This document shows, in pieces, positions 58,026 to 64,000 of a stretch of DNA of 64,000 nt (the stretch's first letter is position 1; each line of letters opens with the position of its first letter). Origin of the DNA: Nitrosopumilaceae archaeon. GTDB lineage: Archaea > Thermoproteota > Nitrososphaeria > Nitrososphaerales > Nitrosopumilaceae. The DNA is taken from contig CBDBCR010000001.1 of NCBI GenBank assembly GCA_965203465.1, forward strand, positions 512,001-576,000, written 5' to 3'. Position numbers and translations under genes: made by a program. The notes below the pieces were generated by a model that was given only the letters and a program-made list of their open reading frames with translations, was not told the origin of the DNA and made no database searches.

Positions 58026-59252
58026 ATGCCCGTGCTCTCGGCGATGCTCGAGCGCATGGCCCCCGGCCTGCCGCTCAAGGGGGCCCGCATAGCCTCGTGC
58101 CTGCAGCTCACCAAGGAGACGGGCGTGCTGCTAGCCGGCGCGCAGAGGCTCGGGGCCCGCGTGACCGCATCGTCGGGCAACCCGCTGACAACGCAGGACG
58201 ACGTGGCCTCGTACCTGCGCAAGCTGGGAATGTGCGTGCACGGCAGGTCGGGGCAGAGCCGCGCCGAGTTCGAGGGGTGCCTTATGCGCGCCGCGCGCAG
58301 CGGGCCGACCATAGTCGCAGACGACGGGGGCCAGCTGCTGCGCCTCGTCGGGCGCGGGCCGATGGGCGGCACCGAGGAGACGCGCACCGGCGCGGTGCGC
58401 GCTAGGGCCGCGCACAGATCCGGCTCGCTGCCTTACCCCGTCGTCGTGGTGGACGAGGCGCGCACCAAGCGCCTCTTCGACAGCAGGCTCGGCACGGGCC
58501 AGAGCGCACTCGACGGGCTCTTGCGCGCAGCCGGCCTGTCCATGTCGGGCCGCGCCGCGGTGGCAGGATACGGCATGGTGGGGCGCGGCGTGGCGCGCAG
58601 GTGCCGCGCGATGGGCTCGCAGGTGACCGTGACCGAGACGGACCCGCGCGCGGCCCTCGAGGCGGCCATGGACGGCTTTCGCGTCGAGCCGATGGGCAGG
58701 GCCGCGCGGAGCGCAAGGCGCATAGTCACGTGCACGGGCATGAAGGGCGTAGTCTCGGGCGCGCACCTCGGGCGCCTGAGGCGGGGCGCCGTGCTGGCCA
58801 ACGCGGGGCACTTTGACGTGGAGATCGACGCCGGGCGCATGCTGCAAGGCAGGACGCGCAGCCCGCGGAGGCACCTGGACGAGTGCCGGTGCGGCGGAAG
58901 CGCCGCGTACCTGGTCTCGAAGGGCAGGGTCGCCAACCTGTCGGCGGCCGAGGGGCACCCGCCCGAAATAATGGATCTTTCGTTCGCCGGCCAGCTGCTC
59001 TCCATGGTGTACATACACCGCTCGGCAGGCGGCCTGCCGCTCGGGGTGTCCCCGATGCCCTCCGATCTGGACGAGCAGGTGGCGCGCGCGTGCCTTGCCG
59101 CGCTCGGCGCCGCGCGGGCCGGCGCGGGCCGGCGCGCCGGGCGACAGGCGGGCCGTTTTTCCGCGCCTGCGCACCCCGGGGCGCGGCGCAGGTTTATCAA
59201 GGCGGCCCCGGGCGGCCGCGCCGTTGGGGGCCACGGTGATATTCGACTTTGA
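58026..59252 (+). CDS. ahcY: Adenosylhomocysteinase (termini irregular)
   Basis: 'NPLTTQDDVA', 'EETRTG', 'KRLFD..GTGQS', 'GYGMVGRG', 'NAGHFDVEID', 'EGHPPEIMDLSF'. Confidence 0.88.
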   Translation: MPVLSAMLERMAPGLPLKGARIASCLQLTKETGVLLAGAQRLGARVTASSGNPLTTQDDVASYLRKLGMCVHGRSGQSRAEFEGCLMRAARSGPTIVADDGGQLLRLVGRGPMGGTEETRTGAVRARAAHRSGSLPYPVVVVDEARTKRLFDSRLGTGQSALDGLLRAAGLSMSGRAAVAGYGMVGRGVARRCRAMGSQVTVTETDPRAALEAAMDGFRVEPMGRAARSARRIVTCTGMKGVVSGAHLGRLRRGAVLANAGHFDVEIDAGRMLQGRTRSPRRHLDECRCGGSAAYLVSKGRVANLSAAEGHPPEIMDLSFAGQLLSMVYIHRSAGGLPLGVSPMPSDLDEQVARACLAALGAARAGAGRRAGRQAGRFSAPAHPGARRRFIKAAPGGRAVGGHGDIRL

Positions 59253-59844
59253 CGGCACGCTCGCCGACTCCATGCAGCTGTTCATAGACGCGGTCAACAA
59301 GTCGGCGGCCCGCCTGCACCACGGCGCCATAGATCCGGGCGAGGTCGCGATGCTGCGCGACAGGCACCCGCGCCAGATACTCCGGCACCTGCGCATACCG
59401 CTGCTGAAGCTGCCCCTCGTGATGAGGGGGGTAAGAAAGGAGGTTGGCAGGGGCGTCGCGCGCGCGCGGCCCGCCGCCGACATGGCAGGCACGCTGGGCC
59501 GCCTCAAGGAGCGGGGCTGCCGCATCGGGATACTCACGTCCAACGCCGAGCGCAGCGTCAGGGCTTTCCTAGAGGGCAACGGCATGGACGTGTTCGACTT
59601 TGTGTACTCGGGGAGGAGCGTCTTCGGCAAGGGCCGCACGCTGCGCTCCATAGCGAAGAGATCCGGCGGCAGAATATTCTACGTGGGCGACGAGGTGCGC
59701 GACATCGAGGCGGCCCGAAAGGCGCGCGCGACCATGATAGCCGTCTCGTGGGGGTTCAACACGTCCGAGGCGCTCATGCGCGAGGGACCCGACTACCTTG
59801 CCACGTCGCCCGAGCAGATAGAGCAGATAGTGCTGGGCGGATAG
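59224..59844 (+). CDS. HAD-family hydrolase (phosphoglycolate phosphatase-like)
   Basis: 'IFDFDGTLADS', 'ILTSN', 'YVGDEVRDI'. Confidence 0.9.
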   Translation: MGATVIFDFDGTLADSMQLFIDAVNKSAARLHHGAIDPGEVAMLRDRHPRQILRHLRIPLLKLPLVMRGVRKEVGRGVARARPAADMAGTLGRLKERGCRIGILTSNAERSVRAFLEGNGMDVFDFVYSGRSVFGKGRTLRSIAKRSGGRIFYVGDEVRDIEAARKARATMIAVSWGFNTSEALMREGPDYLATSPEQIEQIVLGG

Positions 59845-59875
59845 GTATATACCGGAACCGGCGGGCGCGCGCCCG

Positions 59876-60415
59876 GTGAGCAAGAACCTCTGGCACGACG
59901 TGGAGACGGGGATAGACGTGCCCGAGATAATCAACGTGATAGTCGAGATACCCAAGGGCTCGCAGAACAAGTACGAGTACGACAAAAAGCACAACATGGT
60001 GAAACTGGACAGGGTCCTGTTCTCGCCGTTCCACTACCCGGGCGACTACGGCCTGGTGCCGCAGACGCTAGCAGACGACGGCGACCCGCTCGACGCGATG
60101 GTGCTCGTCACGGCCGCCACGTACCCGGGCATACTCATAGAGGCGCGCCCGATAGGGGTGCTGCGCATGCGCGACGAGGGCGAGCCCGACGACAAGATAA
60201 TCTGCGCGTCCACCAGCGATCCGCGCTACCTGCACACGACCGACATCTGCGACATCGAGGAGCACTACCGCGCCGAGATAGCGCACTTTTTCCAGGTGTA
60301 CAAGGACCTGGAGGGCAAAAAGGTGGAGATAGCCGGCTGGGGCTCGGCGCGCGAGGCCAAAAAGACGGTGCTCGATTCGGCCAAAAACTACAGGGAGACG
60401 CTGCAAAAGTACTGA
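59876..60415 (+). CDS. ppa: Inorganic pyrophosphatase
   Basis: 'EIPKGSQNKYE', 'DGDPLD', 'DDK'. Confidence 0.96.
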   Translation: MSKNLWHDVETGIDVPEIINVIVEIPKGSQNKYEYDKKHNMVKLDRVLFSPFHYPGDYGLVPQTLADDGDPLDAMVLVTAATYPGILIEARPIGVLRMRDEGEPDDKIICASTSDPRYLHTTDICDIEEHYRAEIAHFFQVYKDLEGKKVEIAGWGSAREAKKTVLDSAKNYRETLQKY

Positions 60416-60456
60416 GCGTGGTAGAAATAAAAGGCGCGCCCCGGCAGCCGCGGCGG

Positions 60457-60528
60457 GCAGTTGTGGTATAGCTGGTAGCATGCTGGCTTCCCAAGCCAGC
60501 GACCCGGGTTCAAATCCCGGCAACTGCA
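60457..60528 (+). tRNA. tRNA-Gly (CCC)
   Basis: Acceptor stem GCAGTTG/CAACTGC; anticodon arm CTGGC-TTCCCAA-GCCAG; T arm CCGGG-TTCAAAT-CCCGG; CCA not encoded. Confidence 0.96.
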
Positions 60529-60564
60529 CATTGCTTTAAATCCGCCATGCCGCGGGGCGGAGCC

Positions 60565-62505
60565 GTGACGCGCAAATTCCGGCTGGTCTCGGAATTCGAG
60601 CCCACCGGGGATCAGCCCCAGGCCATCGAAAAGCTGGTGCGCGGGGCGCGCAAGGGCGCGGTCCAGACGCTGCTGGGCGTGACCGGCAGCGGCAAGACCT
60701 TCACGGTGGCAAACCTCGTGGAGCGCACCGGCAAGAACACGCTGGTCATATCGCACAACAAGACCCTGGCGGCCCAGCTGTACGAGGAGCTGAAGCAGTT
60801 CTTCCCACACAACAACGTGGGGTATTTCGTATCCTACTACGACTATTACCAGCCGGAAAGCTACATACCGCAGACGGACACGTACATCGAAAAGGACATC
60901 AAGATAAACGAGACCATCGAGAGGATGAGGCTGGAGGCCACGGCCATGCTCATGTCCGGCGAGCCCACGATCATAGTGGCCACCGTCTCGTGCATATACT
61001 CGCTGGGCAACCCCGACGACTGGAACGCCATGGCCGTCACATTCGAGGCGGGCGCCTCGCCGGGGCGCTCCAAAATACTGCGCAGGCTCGTCGAGGCCAT
61101 GTACGAAAGGAACGACGCCGCACCGCAGCCGGGCAAGTTCCGGGCCAAAGGCGACACCATAGACGTGGTGCCGGCCTACTCGGACGACGTCATACGCATA
61201 CAGATGTTCGGCGACGAGGTGGAGAGCATAGCGGTGCTCGACCACGTGACCATGGACGAAAAGCGCAGGGTCGGCAGGATCACGGTGTTCCCCGCGAAGC
61301 ACTACATAGTCGAAGAGTCGGTGCGGCAGAGGGCCATAGAGTCGATACGCGAGGAGCTGGAGGGGCGCCTGCCCGAGCTCGAGCTCTTGGAGCAGCAGAG
61401 GCTGCGCGAGCGCACGCGCTACGACCTCGAGATGATAGAGGAGCTGGGGTACTGCTCGGGGGTCGAAAACTACTCGCGCCACTTCGACGGGCGCAGGCCG
61501 GGCCAGAAGGCGTTCTGCCTGCTGGACTTTTTCGGCCCCGACTGCCTGCTGGTCATCGACGAATCGCACGTGACGCTGCCGCAGCTGCACGCCATGTACA
61601 AGGGCGACAAGTCGCGCAAGGACAGCCTGGTCACGCACGGCTTCCGCCTGCCTAGCGCCTACGACAACAGGCCGCTAAAGTACGAAGAGTTCGAAAAATA
61701 CATACGCAACGCGGTGTTCACCTCCGCCACGCCCGGCGACTACGAAAAGAAAATGTCGGCCAGCGTAGTCGAGCAGCTTGTCAGGCCCACCGGCCTGCTC
61801 GATCCGTCCGTCGAGGTGCGCCCCTCCGGGGGGCAGATGGACGACCTCATCTCGGAGATAAGAAAGCGCGCCGGCGCCGGCCAGCGCACCCTGGTGACCA
61901 CCCTTACGAAGCGGATGGCCGAAGACCTGGCAGAGTACCTCTCGCTAAAGGGGGTGCGGGTGAGGTACATGCACGCGGAGATAGACGGGCTCCAGCGCAC
62001 CGAGATAATACGGCAGCTGCGCCTCGGCGAGTTCGACGTGCTGGTCGGGATCAACCTGCTCAGGGAGGGCCTTGACATACCCGAGGTCTCGCTCGTCGCG
62101 ATCCTCGACGCGGACAAGGAGGGGTTTTTGCGCAACAACACCAGCCTCATACAGACGTTCGGCAGGGCCGCGCGCAACTCCGACGGGGCCGTCATAATGT
62201 ACGCCGACTCGGTGACCGGCTCGATGCGCTCGGCCATGGAAGAGACCGACAGGCGCAGGAAGAGGCAGGCAGAGTACAACCGCCTCCACAAGATACGCCC
62301 CACGACGATAGCAAAGCCGGTGCCCGAGGCGCGCGGGCAGGCAGACGACGTCAAGAACATGACGCGCCACGACCTAGAAGAATCCGCGGCCAGTCTGCGC
62401 GAGAGGATGAAAGAGTACTCGGAGCAGATGGACTTTGAGCGGGCCATCGAGTGCCGCGACCGGCTCTCGCGCATAGAGCGCCGGATGAGGGAAAAGCCGC
62501 GATGA
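60565..62505 (+). CDS. uvrB: Excinuclease ABC subunit B
   Basis: 'GVTGSGKT', 'YYDYYQPE', 'DESH', 'INLLREGLD', 'GRAARN'. Confidence 0.97.
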   Translation: MTRKFRLVSEFEPTGDQPQAIEKLVRGARKGAVQTLLGVTGSGKTFTVANLVERTGKNTLVISHNKTLAAQLYEELKQFFPHNNVGYFVSYYDYYQPESYIPQTDTYIEKDIKINETIERMRLEATAMLMSGEPTIIVATVSCIYSLGNPDDWNAMAVTFEAGASPGRSKILRRLVEAMYERNDAAPQPGKFRAKGDTIDVVPAYSDDVIRIQMFGDEVESIAVLDHVTMDEKRRVGRITVFPAKHYIVEESVRQRAIESIREELEGRLPELELLEQQRLRERTRYDLEMIEELGYCSGVENYSRHFDGRRPGQKAFCLLDFFGPDCLLVIDESHVTLPQLHAMYKGDKSRKDSLVTHGFRLPSAYDNRPLKYEEFEKYIRNAVFTSATPGDYEKKMSASVVEQLVRPTGLLDPSVEVRPSGGQMDDLISEIRKRAGAGQRTLVTTLTKRMAEDLAEYLSLKGVRVRYMHAEIDGLQRTEIIRQLRLGEFDVLVGINLLREGLDIPEVSLVAILDADKEGFLRNNTSLIQTFGRAARNSDGAVIMYADSVTGSMRSAMEETDRRRKRQAEYNRLHKIRPTTIAKPVPEARGQADDVKNMTRHDLEESAASLRERMKEYSEQMDFERAIECRDRLSRIERRMREKPR

Positions 62506-64000
62506 CGCGCGACCGGGCGCTGCGCGTGCGCGGGGCGCGCCAGAACAACCTGCGCAACGTCAGCGTGGACATACCAAAGTACAAGCTGGTGGTCATAACG
62601 GGCATCTCGGGCTCGGGCAAGTCCACGCTGGCCTTCGATACGATATACGCCGAGGGCCAGCGGCGCTACGTCGAATCGCTGTCGGCGTACGCGCGCCAGT
62701 TCCTCGAGGTGATGGACAAGCCGGCCGTCGACTCTATAGACGGGCTGTCGCCTGCCATATCCATACAGCAAAAGACGACCAACAAGAACCCGCGCTCGAC
62801 GGTGGGCACCATAACCGAGATCTACGACTACATGAGGCTGCTGTACGCGCGAATAGGCAGGCCGCACTGCACGAGGTGCGGCCTCGCCATATCGAGCCAG
62901 TCCGTCGACGCCATGTGCGACGCCATACTCAAGGGGATGGACGGCCAGGACGTGCTGGTCATGGCGCCGGTGGTGCGGCGCAAAAAGGGCACGCACGAAA
63001 AGACGCTGGCGCGCATAAAAAAGGACGGGTACGCGCGCGTGCGCATAGACGGCGCGACGGTGCGCCTCGACGGGGAGCGCCCCAAGCTGGAAAAGCAAAA
63101 GTGGCACGACGTGAGCATAATCGTGGACCGCGTGCGCGTCTCGGAGGGCGAGCGCTCGCGCGTGTTCGAATCCGTGCAGACCGCCATCCGGGCCTCGGGC
63201 GGCACCGCCTCGGTCGGGCCGCAGGACGGCGAGGCCCGGCTGTTCTCGCAGGCCAACGCCTGCCCCCGCTGCGGCATAAGCGTGGGCGAGATGGAGCCGC
63301 GCGCCTTTTCGTTCAACTCGCCGCTTGGCATGTGCAAAGAGTGCAACGGGCTGGGCACCACGTCGGCGTACGACCGGGACCTGGTGCTGCCCGACGCGGA
63401 CCTGAGCATACTGGAGGGGGGCATACGCCCGCTCAGCCAGCACGGCCTGTCGCGGTACTACAAGTACATGGCACGGCACGTAAAGGGCGTGTCTTTGCAG
63501 ACGCCGCTGCGCGACATAGCCGGCGAAAAGCTGGACGCCATGCTAGACGGCGACGGGCAGTTTCCAGGCGTCTTTGCCCTGCTGGACCGCGAGTACCGGA
63601 CCACCACCCGCCCGGCCAAGCGCGACTGGATAAAGAGGTTCATGCGCAACATACCCTGCTCGGCGTGCCGGGGGTACAAGCTGCGCCCCGAGATGCTGGC
63701 CGTGCGCATAGGCGAGTCGAGCATAATGGACGCCTGCCGCATGTCCGTCGAGGCGTGCCTCGCGTTCTTTACGACGCTCAAACTGGAGCCGGCCGAAAGG
63801 AAGATAGGCCGCGAGATACTCAAGGAGATAACCGAGAGGCTCGAATTTTTGAAGAACGTCGGGCTCGGGTACATCTCGCTTGACAGGGCCAGCTACACGC
63901 TCTCGGGCGGCGAATCGCAGAGGATACGCCTGGCCACGCAGATAGGGGCCAACCTGACCGGCGTGCTGTACGTGCTAGACGAGCCCACCATAGGGCTGCA
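62502..64000 (+). CDS. uvrA: Excinuclease ABC subunit A (3'-truncated by the window edge)
   Basis: ATGA overlap; 'GARQNNL', 'TGISGSGKS', '[11 protein letters not shown]', 'FSFNSP', '[12 protein letters not shown]', 'LDEPTIGL'. Confidence 0.97.
   Translation, partial: MTRDRALRVRGARQNNLRNVSVDIPKYKLVVITGISGSGKSTLAFDTIYAEGQRRYVESLSAYARQFLEVMDKPAVDSIDGLSPAISIQQKTTNKNPRSTVGTITEIYDYMRLLYARIGRPHCTRCGLAISSQSVDAMCDAILKGMDGQDVLVMAPVVRRKKGTHEKTLARIKKDGYARVRIDGATVRLDGERPKLEKQKWHDVSIIVDRVRVSEGERSRVFESVQTAIRASGGTASVGPQDGEARLFSQANACPRCGISVGEMEPRAFSFNSPLGMCKECNGLGTTSAYDRDLVLPDADLSILEGGIRPLSQHGLSRYYKYMARHVKGVSLQTPLRDIAGEKLDAMLDGDGQFPGVFALLDREYRTTTRPAKRDWIKRFMRNIPCSACRGYKLRPEMLAVRIGESSIMDACRMSVEACLAFFTTLKLEPAERKIGREILKEITERLEFLKNVGLGYISLDRASYTLSGGESQRIRLATQIGANLTGVLYVLDEPTIGL

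Noticed and set aside
60457-60528. tRNA-Gly as an integration site for the accessory region
   Set aside because: No duplicate of its 3' end and no integrase noticed; flanked by core genes ppa and uvrB.

Overview
GC-rich archaeal DNA from an ammonia-oxidising archaeon (Nitrosopumilaceae, Cenarchaeum-like). This is indicated by the ADP-forming 3-hydroxypropionyl-CoA synthetase, Pus10, diphthine-ammonia ligase, CFI-box/PEF-CTERM surface proteins, and TATA-like boxes about 25 nt upstream of most start codons. All protein family calls come from motif recognition by eye; no searches were run. Layout: (1) 1-8005, the 3' part of a giant Ig-repeat surface protein. (2) 8014-21020, a cluster with a TadA/VirB11-type ATPase, a VirB4/CedB-like ATPase, a VirB6/CedA-like membrane protein, two pilin-like genes, a prepilin peptidase, a short divergent TFB, a degenerate ParB and a winged-helix protein. 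Inside it is a putative ADP-ribosyltransferase gene bracketed by three mosaic copies of a small protein, a candidate toxin-immunity cassette. (3) About 21-37 kb, a defence/accessory island: HNH nuclease, decayed DUF262, ParB pair, AIPR, surface metalloprotease, and a decayed AbiE pair interrupted by an IS630 element next to a triple palindromic repeat. (4) 37-64 kb, mostly core genes (GATase, 3HP-CoA synthetase, YyaL, ADH, pus10, srp54, dph6, purQ-purL-purF, ahcY, HAD, ppa, tRNA-Gly, uvrB, uvrA), with decayed toxin-antitoxin remnants and an arcadin-1-like gene. The best novel-system candidates are the Ups/Ced/TFB3-like cluster and its embedded ART plus triplicated small-protein cassette.
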